A stretch of DNA of 64,000 nucleotides, taken from the NCBI GenBank assembly GCA_963774265.1, contig CAVZDU010000003.1, positions 288,001 through 352,000 on the forward strand, written 5' to 3'. Numbering within the stretch: the stretch's first letter is position 1; every line of letters begins with the position of its first letter. Under the pieces are notes generated by a model, which saw only the letters and a list, made by a program, of their open reading frames with translations, ran no database searches and had not been told where the DNA came from. A program made the translations under genes and the position numbers. Shown one piece after another: positions 1-12,445 of the stretch. Source of the DNA: an uncultured Chloroflexia bacterium (lineage in GTDB: Bacteria; Chloroflexota; Anaerolineae; CG2-30-64-16).

Positions 1-716
1 CCGTCGATTTTGGCGATACGCTCCATGGCCTGGTGGCACTGGATCGAGGTTCACCGCCAGTCCGATCGGATGCCGTTTCTTGAGGTTCTCCGTGTAGAAG
101 ATCGTATCGCCGGGAAAGACCGCGACCCCTCGCTTCGTCTGCACCGTGAACGCCTGGCTGCACAACGTGTGTCCGCCGATGTAGAACGCACCGATTCCGG
201 GCAGTATCTCGGGCGCTTCATCGTCCGCCAGGATCAGTCGATCGCGCGCCTCGCTCGCGAAATAGGCCAGCACGTCGTGTGGGAAGAGCGGGTGAGGGCA
301 CAAGCCCTCCACAGGTGGGTCGAGTGTCAGGTGGAAACCGGTCCGAGAGACGATGAATTGTGCATTGGGAAATAGCTTGGCGTTGGACACGTGGTCGTAG
401 TGCAGGTGAGTGAGCAGCACCGCTGCGACGTCCTCCGGGCTGATGCCCTCTTGCCGCAGGAGCAGCGGGATATTCTGCGTCGCCATGTCCATGCGGAATT
501 GCCCCGCTCGCCCACGCCTGCCATTACCATCGGCTGAATCTCGTCCACGTCGCGCACGCCGGGGTCCACGAGCATCACTTGGCCGTCGTCTCGGCGCAAT
601 ACGAAAAAGAGAAAGTCAGCGGTCAGCCATTCGTCCCAGCGTGCCATGTAGAACATCTGCGGACCGGGCACTGATTGCTCGCAGAACTTGATCGCTTTGA
701 TGGAATAGGTCGCCAT
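1..716 (-). CDS. MBL-fold hydrolase, N-acyl homoserine lactonase family (frameshifted, runs off window edge)
   Basis: Starts MATYSIKAIKFC..VMLVDPG. After a frameshift near 500 another frame reads EDVAAVLLTHLHYDHVSN (HxHxDH), then GGHTLCSQ and VFPGDT. Confidence 0.75.
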
Positions 717-755
717 TGGCTCACGCCCCTTTTCAACCACGCTGCGCTTGTGGTC

Positions 756-1514
756 TCACTGCAGGTTGACCGACGTCCCCCCGTCCACCACGAGCGTCGC
801 GCCCGTGCACCATGCAGAGTCGTCGGTGGCAAAGAAGAGGACAGGGCCGGCGATGTCCTCGGGCTGGCCCAGCCGGCCCAGCGGGGCGCGCTTTGACCAG
901 TAGTCGCGCATCGCCGGATCGGCCAGTGCATCGCGGTTGATGTCGGTCTCGACGGTGCCGGGCAGCACCGCGTTGACGGTGATGCCGTGCGGTCCCAGCG
1001 AGATCGCCATGGATTTGACCAGCAGGTTGATGCCCGCTTTGGATGCGCAGTAGTGCGCCTGCTGGCTGCCGCCGAACTCGGCCGAGATCGAGCTGATCGC
1101 AATGATGCGGCCCCGAATGCCCCGCTCGACCATGATCCGGCTGACCGCCTGCGAGACCAGAAAGTAGCCCTTGAGATTCGTATCCAGCACCTGGTCCCAC
1201 AGCGCCTCGGGCATCTCCAGGAAGCCGGCGAACGGACAGATGCCCGCATCGTTGACCAGGATGTCGATCGTGCTCCAGTGCTCCAGGACGTCCGCCACCA
1301 TGGCCTGCACCTGGCTGCCGTCGGATACATCGGTTCGTACGAAGATCGCCTGGCCGCCCCCCGCCTCAATCAGGCGGACAGTCTCGCGGGCCTCCGCCTC
1401 GCGCTGATCGACGACGGCCACCCGCGCGCCTTCCTGCCCGAACCGCAGTGCGATGGCTCGTCCGATCCCTCGCGCCGCGCCGGTGACGATGGCGACTTTG
1501 CCGCTGAGCCGCAT
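756..1514 (-). CDS. SDR oxidoreductase, L-rhamnose 1-dehydrogenase (LRA1)-like
   Basis: TGAARGIG Rossmann motif, DAGICPF, SSIS..GGSQQAHYCASK (YxxxK), PGTVETDIN; lies in a rhamnose-type operon. Confidence 0.75.
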   Translation of the reverse strand: MRLSGKVAIVTGAARGIGRAIALRFGQEGARVAVVDQREAEARETVRLIEAGGGQAIFVRTDVSDGSQVQAMVADVLEHWSTIDILVNDAGICPFAGFLEMPEALWDQVLDTNLKGYFLVSQAVSRIMVERGIRGRIIAISSISAEFGGSQQAHYCASKAGINLLVKSMAISLGPHGITVNAVLPGTVETDINRDALADPAMRDYWSKRAPLGRLGQPEDIAGPVLFFATDDSAWCTGATLVVDGGTSVNLQ

Positions 1515-1547
1515 CAGCTATCCTCTCGAAGACGATAGTCGGTTACA

Positions 1548-1578
1548 GAGCCGGCTCCCCGTCTCGGGGAGCCGGCTC
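1548..1578. terminator. Perfect 13-bp stem-loop after the SBP gene (mRNA stabiliser or partial terminator)
   Basis: GAGCCGGCTCCCC-gtctc-GGGGAGCCGGCTC. Confidence 0.6.
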
Positions 1579-1597
1579 GGCCAGGTGAAGCTGGCGC

Positions 1598-4500
1598 TTA
1601 CTGGACGTTATCTTTAGTGTACCTGGTGAAGGGGCCCATCAGGACGCGGAGGCCCTTTTCGCGGGTCGGGTCCTTGGTGATGGTGTAGGTGCCCATGCGG
1701 CCGGCTTCGAACTGCACGCCTTCCTTGGCTTCCATCTGGCCGGTGGCGATCAGGTAGGTGGTGTAGTAGGTCAGGTAGCCGAGATCGACGAACGACCAGA
1801 GGGCGAACTCGGGTGCGCAGCCGTTCTTGGTGTAGGCGACCATCTCGGAGGGCAGGCCCAGGCCGGAGATCTTGACCTTGTCGCAGAGCTTCTCATCCTG
1901 GAGCGCCTTGGCCGCGGACGCGATGCCGACGGTGGTGGGTGCGGTGATGAGCTTGAGGTCGGGGTACTTCTGGATCAGGGCCAGGGTTTGGTTGTAGCTC
2001 ATCTCGGACTGGTCGTTGCCATAGACGACGTCGACGAGCTGCAGCTTGGCGTACTTGGGATCCTTGAGCGCGTCCTTCATGGCGGCGATCCAGGCGTTTT
2101 GGTTGGCCGCATCGGGGGAGGCGGAGAGGACCGCGAACTTGCCGCCCTCGGCGCCGAGGATGTCGAGGACCATGTCGGCCAGGACGGTGCCGGTCTCTTT
2201 GAAGTCGACCTGGGCGATGAAGACCTGCTCACCCTGGGCCGAGGGGATCGGAGAGTCCCAGGTGACGACGGTGAGGCCCTTGGTGCGGGCGGCTTCGGCG
2301 GCAGGGCCGATCTGATCGCCCGCGTTGTTGGAGATCATCAGGGCCTTGACGCCCTGGGTGGGTGCGTTGGTGACGATCTCGATCTGGCCGGCCACGCTGT
2401 TATCCGCAGTGGGGCCGACGTAGTTGAGCTTGCCGGGGTTCTGCAGCTCCTTCTGAGCTTCTACGGCGCCGGCGTTGGCCTCGTCGAAGACGGCGTTGCC
2501 CATGAACTTGGGCAGCAGGGTCATATCGACCGATTGGCCGGGCTTCGCCTCGATCACTGCGGCAGGCGCAGGAGCGGGCGCCGCGCCGCCGGACTCGACG
2601 TTATCCTTGGTGTACTTGGTGAAGGGGCCCATCAGGACGCGCAGGCCCTGATCGCGGGTCGGGTCCTTGGTGATGGTGTAGGTGCCCATGCGGCCGGCCT
2701 TGAACTGCACGCCTTCCTTGGCTTCCATCTGGCCGGTGGCGATCAGGTAGGTGGTGTAGTAGGTCAGGTAGCCGAGATCGACGAACGACCAGAGGGCGAA
2801 CTCGGGTGCGCAGCCGTTCTTGGTGTAGGCGACCATCTCGGAGGGCAGGCCCAGGCCGGAGATCTTGACCTTGTCGCAGAGCTTCTCATCCTGGAGCGCC
2901 TTGGCCGCGGACGCGATGCCGACGGTGGTGGGTGCGGTGATGAGCTTGAGGTCGGGGTACTTCTGGATCAGGGCCAGGGTTTGGTTGTAGCTCATCTCGG
3001 ACTGGTCGTTGCCATAGACGACGTCGACGAGCTGCAGCTTGGCGTACTTGGGATCCTTGAGCGCGTCCTTCATGGCGGCGATCCAGGCGTTTTGGTTGGC
3101 CGCATCGGGGGAGGCGGAGAGGACCGCGAACTTGCCGCCCTCGGCGCCGAGGATGTCGAGGACCATGTCGGCCAGGACGGTGCCGGTCTCTTTGAAGTCG
3201 ACCTGGGCGATGAAGACCTGTTCGCCCTGGGCCGAGGGGATCGGAGAGTCCCAGGTGACGACGGTGAGGCCCTTGGTGCGGGCGGCTTCGGCGGCAGGGC
3301 CGATCTGGTCGCCCGCGTTGTTGGAGATCATCAGGGCCTTGACGCCCTGGGTGGGTGCGTTGGTGACGATCTCGATCTGGCCGGCCACGCTGTTATCCGC
3401 AGTGGGGCCGACGTAATTGAGCTTGCCGGGGTTCTGCAGCTCCTTCTGAGCTTCTACGGCGCCGGCGTTGGCCTCGTCGAAGACGGCGTTGCCCATGAAC
3501 TTGGGCAGCAGGGTCATATCGACCGATTGGCCGGGCTTCGCCTCGATCACTGCGGCAGGCGCAGGAGCGGGCGCCGCGCCGCCGGACTCGACGTTATCCT
3601 TGGTGTACTTGGTGAAGGGGCCCATCAGGACGCGCAGGCCCTGATCGCGGGTCGGGTCCTTGGTGATGGTGTAGGTGCCCATGCGGCCGGCCTTGAACTG
3701 CACGCCTTCCTTGGCTTCCATCTGGCCGGTGGCGATCAGGTAGGTGGTGTAGTAGGTCAGGTAGCCGAGATCGACGAACGACCAGAGGGCGAACTCGGGT
3801 GCGCAGCCGTTCTTGGTGTAGGCGACCATCTCGGAGGGCAGGCCCAGGCCGGAGATCTTGACCTTGTCGCAGAGCTTCTCATCCTGGAGCGCCTTGGCCG
3901 CGGACGCGATGCCGACGGTGGTGGGTGCGGTGATGAGCTTGAGGTCGGGGTACTTCTGGATCAGGGCCAGGGTTTGGTTGTAGCTCATCTCGGACTGGTC
4001 GTTGCCATAGACGACGTCGACGAGCTGCAGCTTGGCGTACTTGGGATCCTTGAGCGCGTCCTTCATGGCGGCGATCCAGGCGTTTTGGTTGGCCGCATCG
4101 GGGGAGGCGGAGAGGACCGCGAACTTGCCGCCCTCGGCGCCGAGGATGTCGAGGACCATGTCGGCCAGGACGGTGCCGGTCTCTTTGAAGTCGACCTGGG
4201 CGATGAAGACCTGTTCGCCCTGGGCCGAGGGGATCGGAGAGTCCCAGGTGACGACGGTGAGGCCCTTGGTGCGGGCGGCTTCGGCGGCAGGGCCGATCTG
4301 ATCGCCCGCGTTGTTGGAGATCATCAGGGCCTTGACGCCCTGGGTGGGTGCGTTGGTGACGATCTCGATCTGGCCGGCCACGCTGTTATCCGCAGTGGGG
4401 CCGACGTAATTGAGCTTGCCGGGGTTCTGCAGCTCCTTCTGAGCTTCTACGGCGCCGGCGTTGGCCTCGTCGAAGACGGCGTTGCCCATGAACTTGGGCA

Positions 4501-4729
4501 ACAGGGTCATATCGACCGACTGGCCGGGTTTGGCCTCGATCACACCGGCAGCCGCGGACGCCGGTGCGGCAGTAGGTTGGACAACTGCCGCCGGAGCAGC
4601 GGTCGGCTGCGCCGGAGCGGCGGTCGGTTGCGCTGGGGCTTGTGTTGGTTGCGCGGCGCCGCCACATGCCGAGATCAACATGCTCAAGATCATCAGCGCT
4701 GAGAGAAGTTGAAACATCCGGGTTTTCAT
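1598..4729 (-). CDS. rhaS: Rhamnose-type sugar ABC transporter substrate-binding lipoprotein with three tandem binding domains
   Basis: Lipobox LISAC, Pro/Ala linker, then three RhaS/LsrB-like domains ([46 protein letters not shown]). Confidence 0.8.
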   Translation of the reverse strand: MKTRMFQLLSALMILSMLISACGGAAQPTQAPAQPTAAPAQPTAAPAAVVQPTAAPASAAAGVIEAKPGQSVDMTLLPKFMGNAVFDEANAGAVEAQKELQNPGKLNYVGPTADNSVAGQIEIVTNAPTQGVKALMISNNAGDQIGPAAEAARTKGLTVVTWDSPIPSAQGEQVFIAQVDFKETGTVLADMVLDILGAEGGKFAVLSASPDAANQNAWIAAMKDALKDPKYAKLQLVDVVYGNDQSEMSYNQTLALIQKYPDLKLITAPTTVGIASAAKALQDEKLCDKVKISGLGLPSEMVAYTKNGCAPEFALWSFVDLGYLTYYTTYLIATGQMEAKEGVQFKAGRMGTYTITKDPTRDQGLRVLMGPFTKYTKDNVESGGAAPAPAPAAVIEAKPGQSVDMTLLPKFMGNAVFDEANAGAVEAQKELQNPGKLNYVGPTADNSVAGQIEIVTNAPTQGVKALMISNNAGDQIGPAAEAARTKGLTVVTWDSPIPSAQGEQVFIAQVDFKETGTVLADMVLDILGAEGGKFAVLSASPDAANQNAWIAAMKDALKDPKYAKLQLVDVVYGNDQSEMSYNQTLALIQKYPDLKLITAPTTVGIASAAKALQDEKLCDKVKISGLGLPSEMVAYTKNGCAPEFALWSFVDLGYLTYYTTYLIATGQMEAKEGVQFKAGRMGTYTITKDPTRDQGLRVLMGPFTKYTKDNVESGGAAPAPAPAAVIEAKPGQSVDMTLLPKFMGNAVFDEANAGAVEAQKELQNPGKLNYVGPTADNSVAGQIEIVTNAPTQGVKALMISNNAGDQIGPAAEAARTKGLTVVTWDSPIPSAQGEQVFIAQVDFKETGTVLADMVLDILGAEGGKFAVLSASPDAANQNAWIAAMKDALKDPKYAKLQLVDVVYGNDQSEMSYNQTLALIQKYPDLKLITAPTTVGIASAAKALQDEKLCDKVKISGLGLPSEMVAYTKNGCAPEFALWSFVDLGYLTYYTTYLIATGQMEAKEGVQFEAGRMGTYTITKDPTREKGLRVLMGPFTRYTKDNVQ
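1605..4543. repeat. Three tandem ~993-bp near-identical direct repeats inside rhaS
   Basis: Period of 993 bp (1605/2598/3591); a few copy-specific SNPs at 2228, 2231, 2423 and 3308. Confidence 0.97.
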
Positions 4730-4863
4730 GTGTGTCTCCTCCTGGGTAGACGTAACGTGAATTGGAAAGCGACCTCACTAAGCAAAGGGTCAACGTGCAT
4801 CTGGTGCGTGTAGCGCTCCTTTCTGCGCAAGCGGGATGGCAGGTTTCAACTTGAACGTCATGG

Positions 4864-5871
4864 TCAGCGTTGAAGGTTGGCCTGCAGGCGCCGACGGGTC
4901 ATGGCAGCCCGTGCATCTCTTAACAGATTCGGGCCGAGCACCGACAAGATCAGTAAGACGCCGATCACACCGGTCTGGAAATGACCGGACAGGCTGGCGA
5001 GGCCCATGCCGTTTCGCACGTTCAAAATGATCAGGATCGACAGGAACACGCCGTACAGCGTGCCCGAGCCGCCGAAGATGCTGACGCCGCCAAGCAGCGC
5101 CATGGTGATGATATCGAGCTCGTAACCCTGGGCCAGGTCGCCACGCACCGCGCCGAGGCGAGCGGCCAGGAGCAGCCCGGCCAGAGCCGACACCAGGCCG
5201 GAGGCGATGTACAGCAAGAACTTGACCCTGGGCACCCTAACCCCAGAGTAGCGGGCCATGTCCTTGTTGTTGCCGATCACGTAGACCTGGCGGCCGAATC
5301 CGGCATACTGCAGAATGATCAAGGCCAGTACGAACAGCCCGAGGAAGATGAGCAGTGATAGCGGGAAGGGGCCGATCAGGTTCTTCTGGCCGAGCTGGTT
5401 GAACCAGGCCGGGAACTGGCTGATGGACTTGTCCTCCAGCAGGACGCGGGCCAGACCGCGGTAGCAGATCAGCATGGATAGCGTCACCACCAGGGAATTG
5501 AGGCCTACCCGCGCGATCCAGAAACCGTTGAACAGGCCGCACGCCAGGCCGACGGACAGCGAGATGAGCAGCGCGGCGCCAAAGGGGATGTGATCACGAA
5601 ACAGGAAAGAAGTCACACAGGCCGACAGCCCCATGATCGACGGCGCGGACAGGTCGATCTCGCCGTTAATGATCAGGAGGGTCATGGTCAGGGCGACGAT
5701 GATCTTTTCGATCGAGAGGGTGAATAGGTTGATCTGGTTGTTGATGGTCAGATAGCCGGGCGCGACGAGGCTGTTGATCCCGACGATGACGATCAGCAGC
5801 GCCAACATCAACCCCTCCCAGCTCTTGAGCCGCTGCCAGGCGGTGCGCAGAAAGCTTGGTTTAGCCGACAT
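4864..5871 (-). CDS. Sugar ABC transporter permease (RhaQ/LsrD-like)
   Basis: [42 protein letters not shown]. Confidence 0.9.
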   Translation of the reverse strand: MSAKPSFLRTAWQRLKSWEGLMLALLIVIVGINSLVAPGYLTINNQINLFTLSIEKIIVALTMTLLIINGEIDLSAPSIMGLSACVTSFLFRDHIPFGAALLISLSVGLACGLFNGFWIARVGLNSLVVTLSMLICYRGLARVLLEDKSISQFPAWFNQLGQKNLIGPFPLSLLIFLGLFVLALIILQYAGFGRQVYVIGNNKDMARYSGVRVPRVKFLLYIASGLVSALAGLLLAARLGAVRGDLAQGYELDIITMALLGGVSIFGGSGTLYGVFLSILIILNVRNGMGLASLSGHFQTGVIGVLLILSVLGPNLLRDARAAMTRRRLQANLQR

Positions 5872-6934
5872 GGGTCACCCCCTTCGACGGTTCCTTCGAT
5901 TCCTCACCCGGCCTGTCCGCTCCGACTTGCAGCCCGACGCGCGCCCACAAGTTCTTGAGGCGGCCAAAGACGACGAAGTCCAGCGCGACCGCGAGCAGGA
6001 TCAGCATGCCGAGGATGGCGTCGAGCCAGAACTCGCTGATGACCGCCCAACGAAAGAGGCTATTTTGCAGCAGGTCGATCAGCAGCGCGCCGAGGAACGC
6101 GCCGACGACGGTGCCGGAGCCGCCCGCGTTGCTGACGCCGCCCACCACCGCGGCCGCGATGGACTGGAATTCCAGCCCGGTGCCGGCCAGCACGGTGATG
6201 TTGCCGAACCGGACCAGGAACAGGAAGCCCGCCAGGCCCGCCAGCGCGCCGCTCAGGACGAAGGCCACAAACACGATCCGCTTGGCGGGGAACCCCGCGA
6301 TGCGGGCCGCATCCGGGTTCGAGCCGATCGCGTACAGCCGCCGGCCGAACGGTAAGAACGACAGCACCAGCTGAAAGAGGATGATCACCAGGATCATGAC
6401 CACGAACAAGATGCGCACGTCGAACTGCCCGATCGTCAACACGCTCTTGGCCGACAGGTTGACGAGCCATTCCGGCAGGTTGTTGGTGGTGATCGGGATC
6501 GCATGGGAGTACTCGACCAGGAAGCTGCGGTAGATCGCCAGGGTGGCGATGGTGGTGATGATCGAGGGCACGCGGCCGTAGGCGATCAGAATGCCGTTGA
6601 TGGACCCCATTAGCACGCCGATGGCCAGCGCCATCAGCACCGCGGCGAACGGCGGGATGCCCGGATGATGCCAAAGCTGCTGGCCCACGATGTAGGCCGT
6701 GACCCCAACGATGGAGCCGAGCGATAGGTCGAAGTTGCGGGTCAGAAAGACGAGGGTCTGCCCGATCGCCAATACGGCCACGACCACCACGCTGGTGGAT
6801 TCACGGATGATGAACCGCGCGTTGAAGTAGCCCGGAATCTGGATGGAGAAGAAGACCACGACCAGGGCCATCAGCACGAGCAGGAAGAGCAGGCGGAGCT
6901 GTTCAGGGCGGAAGCGGCTGACGAGTGTCTTCAT
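5861..6934 (-). CDS. Sugar ABC transporter permease (RhaP/LsrC-like)
   Basis: [38 protein letters not shown]. Confidence 0.9.
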   Translation of the reverse strand: MKTLVSRFRPEQLRLLFLLVLMALVVVFFSIQIPGYFNARFIIRESTSVVVVAVLAIGQTLVFLTRNFDLSLGSIVGVTAYIVGQQLWHHPGIPPFAAVLMALAIGVLMGSINGILIAYGRVPSIITTIATLAIYRSFLVEYSHAIPITTNNLPEWLVNLSAKSVLTIGQFDVRILFVVMILVIILFQLVLSFLPFGRRLYAIGSNPDAARIAGFPAKRIVFVAFVLSGALAGLAGFLFLVRFGNITVLAGTGLEFQSIAAAVVGGVSNAGGSGTVVGAFLGALLIDLLQNSLFRWAVISEFWLDAILGMLILLAVALDFVVFGRLKNLWARVGLQVGADRPGEESKEPSKGVTHVG

Positions 6935-6935
6935 G

Positions 6936-8484
6936 TTACGCCCTCCGTTCTGGAGATTGCACGGGTTGACCCATCGCGGCGGCCATGACGCTCTCCTCGG
7001 TGGCCTCGGCGCGCTCCAGGATCGCCATCTGGCGCCCCTCGCGCATCACCAGTACGCGATCGCTCATGGCGAGCACTTCGGGTAGATCGGATGAGATCAT
7101 GATCACCGCCAGCCCCTGGCTGGCCAGGTCGCTGATCATGTGGTGCACCTCGGCCTTGGCCCCCACATCGATACCGCGGGTGGGCTCATCCAGAATCAGC
7201 AGCTTGGGGTCCGCGTTGAGCCACTTGCTGAGCATCACCTTCTGCTGGTTCCCGCCGGAGAGGCGAGCCACCTCCGCGAGGACGGACGGCGTGCGAATGT
7301 TGAGACGCTTGCGAAACTTCTCAGCCGTGGCAATTTCATCGCGCTGGCGCACCAGGCCCAACGGACTCAGATAGCTTGACAGCATCGGCAGCGAGATGTT
7401 GGCCGCCACGGACATCGGCATGGCCAGGCCGAGCTGGCGGCGATCTTCGGTGGCGTACGCGATGCCCAGCCGCAGCGCTTCGCCCGGCGATCGGATGCGG
7501 CGCGCCTGGCCCTCCGACGAGGATCTCACCGGTGTCGGACGGCTCGATGCCGAACAGCGCCAGCCCCACGTCGGTGCGCCGCGAGCCGATCAGGCCGGCG
7601 AAACCGAGCACCTCACCGCGATAGACGTCGAAATTGACCCCCTCGAAGACGCCGTTCTTGCCGAGATTCCGAACCGAGAGCAACCGCTCACCGCGTTCGC
7701 TCTTGCCCTTGGCGAAGAAATCGCTTATATCGCGGCCGACCATGTCTCGGATGACAATGTCGTGGTTCACCTGGCCGCGCGGCCGGGAGGAGATCCATTT
7801 TCCATCGCGCAGCACCGTGATGCGGTCGGCGATCCGAAAGACTTCTTCGAGACGGTGGCCGATGAAGAGAATGGCAACGCCCTGGCTGCACAGCGAGCGC
7901 ACCAGTGTGAAGAGCTGGGACACTTCATGTTGCGAGAGCGAGGCGGTGGGTTCGTCCATGATCAACACGCGGACCCGCAACGAGATGGCTTTGGCGATCT
8001 CGACCGCCTGTTGCGCGGCCAGGGTGAGTCCGCGGGCGGGCACGTGCACGTCCAGCTGCACGCCTAACTTGTCAAGGATCTCCTCGGCATCGGCGTACAT
8101 TTTGCTCCAGCGCACGATCGGGCCGCGGTTTGCGTGGCTGATGAAGATGTTCTCTGCCACGTTTAGGTCCGGATAGACCATCGGCTCCTGATAGATGGCG
8201 GCGATGCCGAGCGTCTGCGCCTCTTGCGAGTTGCGGACCTGCACGGGTTTGCCATCGAGCAGAATGTCGCCGGTGTCGGTTTGGTAGACGCCGGTCATGA
8301 TCTTGATGAGCGTGGATTTGCCGGCGCCGTTCTCGCCGATGACCGCATGGACCTCTCCCGGATAGAGGGTCAGCGAGACATCATCCAGGGCCTGGGTGGC
8401 GTCGAAGCGCTTGGAGATGTGACGCATCTCCATAACCGGCCCCACAGGCATGGCTCCCAATGTTTTGTCGGATGGTGGGATCAT
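6936..8484 (-). CDS. Sugar ABC transporter two-domain ATP-binding protein (RhaT-like), frameshift near 7520
   Basis: [15 protein letters not shown], then LSGGNQQK and [14 protein letters not shown] in a second frame. Confidence 0.88.
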
Positions 8485-10253
8485 CGCGTGGTGTGCCCCT
8501 TCCGTTGAGGTGCTGTCTCTTGGGCCGAAACGAATGTATGGTCGATGTAGATAGCCGGTGGAACCGGGTCGCCGCGCAAGATCTTCAGGCTAAGATCGAT
8601 CAGCCGGCCGCCGTAGGCCTCCGGCGCATAGCTGGTGGAGCCGACAAACGGGAAGTCCGCGCGTTGCAGCGCGGCGCGACCCAGCCGGTCCGCGTTTTGA
8701 CCGACCGCAGCGACCCTGTCGAGCTGACCTGCCGCCTCGAAAGCGGCGAGCGCGCCCAGGGCTGCGTCGTCGTTGTGGCTGATGATGGCGATGCGGGCGG
8801 GTTGAGGATTGAGGATTGAAGATCGAAGATTGTGAATTGCAGATTGAAGACTTGGCAGTTGCTCGGCTATCATCGCCTGGGCCTCGTGCATCAGGGTCGG
8901 GCAGGGGAGCGTCATAACGCATTCATCCGGGATCCGGCCCAGCACGGCCTCCAGTCCGTCGCGTCCCCCTTGCAGCCGGGCGGCCGGGGTGCTGCCCGCC
9001 CGCGCATCCACCAGGCACAGCAGGAGATCGAAGGCGCCCGCCCAGTGCGCCTGGATCCAGCGGCCCAGCCCTTCGCCGGCCAGGTACCCCGCACGGTAGT
9101 TGTCCGCGCCGAAGAAAATCGCACCCGGCAGGGGGATGTCCACCGCGATGACCGGGATTTTGGCCTGGCGGAAGCGCTCCATGATGATGTTGCCGGCCTC
9201 GAGCGTCGATCTGATACTCGATCACCAGGTCGACCTGACGCTCGATGAACCAGTCCACGTTTTCCAGCGCGCGGCGGCGGTCCAGGTCGTTGTCGCGGAT
9301 GAGCAGCTCGACGTTCTTTTGGGCCACCACAGCTCCTTCGAGGCCCAGGCGCACCTGCACGGCGAAGGGCATCCGTTCGGACAGATTAGCGAAGCCGATT
9401 TTGTAGTAGGGGCGGCCCTCACCCACCTCGTGAGGTGTATCGCACGGGGCGAAGGTCGAAATCGTGCTCTCGTCGCAGACCGTCAGCTGGAACACAGGCG
9501 CTTCGCAACTGCTCGATCCACTCGGGCGACACACTGCTGTCGGTGAAGATGTGGGCGATTTGATCGACGCGGGCGAAAGGCGCCAGGCCGACCTTGCCGA
9601 ACTTGCTGGCATCGATCAGCGCGATGACCGAGCCTGCGGCCGCGACCATCCTGGCTTTGAGTTGCGCGTCCAGGATGTCTGCCTCGGTCAGGCCGGCCTC
9701 CGGTGTAAAAGCCCTGCATGAGACGAACGCCAGTTTGACGTGGCAGGTCTTTGAGGATGGGATCGCTGAGGACGTCGGTTGTGGGCACGCCGTCCCCGCG
9801 CAGCAAGCCGCCCAGGAGCATCACCGTGTTCGTGGGATTCTGCGCCAGCTTCCGGCCCACCTCGATGCCGTTGGTGACGATCGTCAGGTTGCGCCGATCC
9901 ATCAGGAAATCGGCAAGGTGATAGACGGTGCTGCTGGCATCGAGCACGATCGAATCGCCGTCTTCGATCAGGTCCGATGCCCAGCGCGCCATTCGCTCCT
10001 TGGCCGCATGATTGATCGCGCAGCGAGCCAGGAATGGCGGGCTGGATGCGCCGTGCTCGCCGTTGGTCGGCTCGGCCAGCGCAGCGCCTCCGCGGATGCG
10101 CCGCAGGAGTCCTTCTGCGGCTAACGCGTTGAAATCATTGCGGATGGTGTTGGGGCTGACGACAAGGCGTGCCGCGACCTCGTCCACGTCCAGCATGCCG
10201 GACTCGCGCAGCAGTGAGAGGATGATTTGCCGGCGCTTGTGGGTTTCCAACAC
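8481..10253 (-). CDS. DeoR/GlpR-family regulator apparently fused to a C-terminal LacI/periplasmic-type sugar-binding domain (several frameshifts)
   Basis: DeoR HTH ([13 protein letters not shown]), DASSTV and DASKFG sensor motifs. Continues without an intergenic gap into [24 protein letters not shown]. Confidence 0.7.
8801..8851 (-). repeat. Heptamer tandem repeat (CTTCAAT-like x7) in frame in the regulator
   Basis: CTTCAAT CTGCAAT TCACAAT CTTCGAT CTTCAAT CCTCAAT CCTCAAC, encoding [15 protein letters not shown]. Confidence 0.75.
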
Positions 10254-10311
10254 TGGGCCCGATCCTTGAGTCGCCGAAGGGTTGATGGTTGCCGGTAGTT
10301 ACAGTGTCGCC

Positions 10312-10340
10312 AGCATACCATGTTTGTGAGAGTTTGTCAA
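10312..10340 (-). promoter_or_regulatory. Sigma70 promoter of the rha transport operon with overlapping TTGTGA direct repeats
   Basis: TTGACA-17 bp-TATGCT with extended -10 TG; TTGTGA-like repeats at ~10324, 10334, 10354 and 10375. Confidence 0.7.
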
Positions 10341-10414
10341 TACCTGTATTTGATTGTGAAACCAGAAAACAATATTGTGAATTGATGAAGATTTAGCGGA
10401 ATCGGGCGTATGCC

Positions 10415-11897
10415 TCATCCCATGTGTCCGTGTCTTGCGGCTCGAATTCCTCCGTATCGAAGGAGCGGCGGATGATCGCGCGACCTTCGGCCAGCGATGC
10501 TGATGGCGCCGGTGGCGAGCATCTGCATCAGCACATTGCCGGCCGCCGTGGCCTCGATTGGCCCCGCGACCACTGGCCGGCCGGTGGCATCAGCCGCAAA
10601 CTGCGACAGGAGCCGATTTTGCGTCCCGCCGCCCACAATGTGCAGCACGGCATTGCGTCGCCCGATGAGTTGGTCCAGCATCTCCAGCGTGCGACGGTAT
10701 TTCAGCGCCAGGCTCTCGAACACAACGCGCGCGACCGTGCCTCGATCCTGGGGCACGGGTTGTCCGGTGGCCGCGCAATACGCACGGATGCGCGCGGGCA
10801 TGTCGCCCGGCGTCGACAAATTCCCTGGCATCGACGTCGATGAGCGCAGTGAACTCAGGCGCTAGCGCTGCCATGACGACGATCTCGTCCCAGGACAGCG
10901 GCTCCGCTCTCCTGGATCCAGGTCCGCCGGCATTCCTGGATCACCCACAGCCCGGTGATGTTCTTGAGCAGGCGGATGGTGTCGCAGACGCCGCCTTCGT
11001 TGGTGACGTTGAACGCCAGGCTTTGCTCGTTCACCACCGGCTCGGCTGCTTTCGACGCCCATCAGCGACCAGGTGCCCGAGCTGAGATAGGCGTAGTCTT
11101 CGCTCTGCCCGCGTGCCGGCACCGCGGCGACGGCGCAGGCCGTGTCGTGGCAGCCGGGCGCGACGACCGTGAGGCCCGCGGCGCCGGTCTCCGCAGCCGA
11201 CGTGTGGCAGCAGCTCGCCCAGCACCGTGCCTGGCGCGACGATCTCGGGGAAAGATGGCGGTCGGAATGCCCATCCGGTCAATCAGCGGCCTGGCCCAGT
11301 CGCCCGTGAAGGGGTCGAGGCATTGGCTGGTGCTGGCGATGCTCCGTTCGCTCACCTTCCGGCCGGTCGAGCCAGTAGTTGAGCAGATCAGGTATGAAAA
11401 GCAGCGTTTCGGCGGCCTTCAGAGCCGGGTCGATCCCGCACGACCATCGCCAGGAGTTGGTAGAGCGAGTTGATCTGCATGAACTGGATGCCAGTCGCCG
11501 CGAAGATCTGCTCACGGCGGGACCCGCCGGAACGCCTCTTCGAGCATGCCGTCGGTGCGGCTGTCCCGGTAGTGATAGGGATTGCCCAGCAGCACGCCCG
11601 CCGCGGTCCAGCAGCCCGAAGTCCACACCCCACGCATCCAGGCCGACGCTCACCAACCCTGGGCCGGTCGAATGTTCGCAGGCCGCCACCGCCTTAGCCA
11701 GCCCTTCTTTGGCCTCGCTGTACAGTCGCGCGGCGTCCCAATACAGGCTGCTGCCGTACGCGGTCGGCAACGCCACCGGCCCGTTCGGCAAAGCGGTGCA
11801 CTTCCTCCAGGTGCAAACGCTCACCATCGAAGCGCCCGATCATCGCGCGTCCGCCGGATGCACCGAAGTCCAGGGCCAGGTAGTTCTGGGTCATCAT
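10415..11897 (-). CDS. rhaB: Rhamnulokinase family (FGGY kinase), many frameshifts
   Basis: Fragments [80 protein letters not shown]. Confidence 0.85.
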
Positions 11898-12000
11898 GTC
11901 TCCTCCCCCAACTTGACGATGCGCGCTTCCACACGCTGCACCTCAGCGGAAGTGAAGGTTATCATGATGGGACTTGAGCGTCAAAGCGGTGCACCGTCTC

Positions 12001-12445
12001 TCAATGCGGCGCCCTTTGCCCCCTGATATACCCCTCCAGATTGCGGATCTCAGAACGCTGCTCCGAGATGATCCACTTTCCGATGTCGCCGATGCTCACG
12101 ATGCCGCTCAGCCGCCCCTCCGTCAACACGGGCAGGTGGCGAAACTGCCGATCCGTCATCATAGCAAGACACTCGTCGATTCCGAAGTCAGGGTCGATCG
12201 TCACCACCGGCGAGCTCATCAACTCGCGGACCAGCGTCTTGTCCGAGTGCCGACCCATCAGGATACACTTGCCGCGCATAGTCGCGCTCCGAGAAGATGC
12301 CGATCAACTGGTCGCCCTCCGTAACGGGCAGCGCCCCCACGTTCTTTTCGGCCATGACCTCAAGGGCCCTGTACACGGTGTCGTCGGGCCCTATGGTCCA
12401 CACATCGGTCGACTTGTATCGCAGGATGTCCTTGATTTTGTTCAT
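12001..12445 (-). CDS. CBS domain protein (frameshift near 12270)
   Basis: MAEKNVGALPV..GIFSERDYAR, then RHLPV..GIVSIGD. Confidence 0.85.

Noticed and set aside
1605-4543. Long repeats as a CRISPR array or mobile element
   Set aside because: Contiguous 993-bp in-frame coding repeats without spacers.
1988-4702. 904-aa plus-strand ORF and the three repeated small ORFs
   Set aside because: Antisense shadow of the GC-rich repeated rhaS gene.
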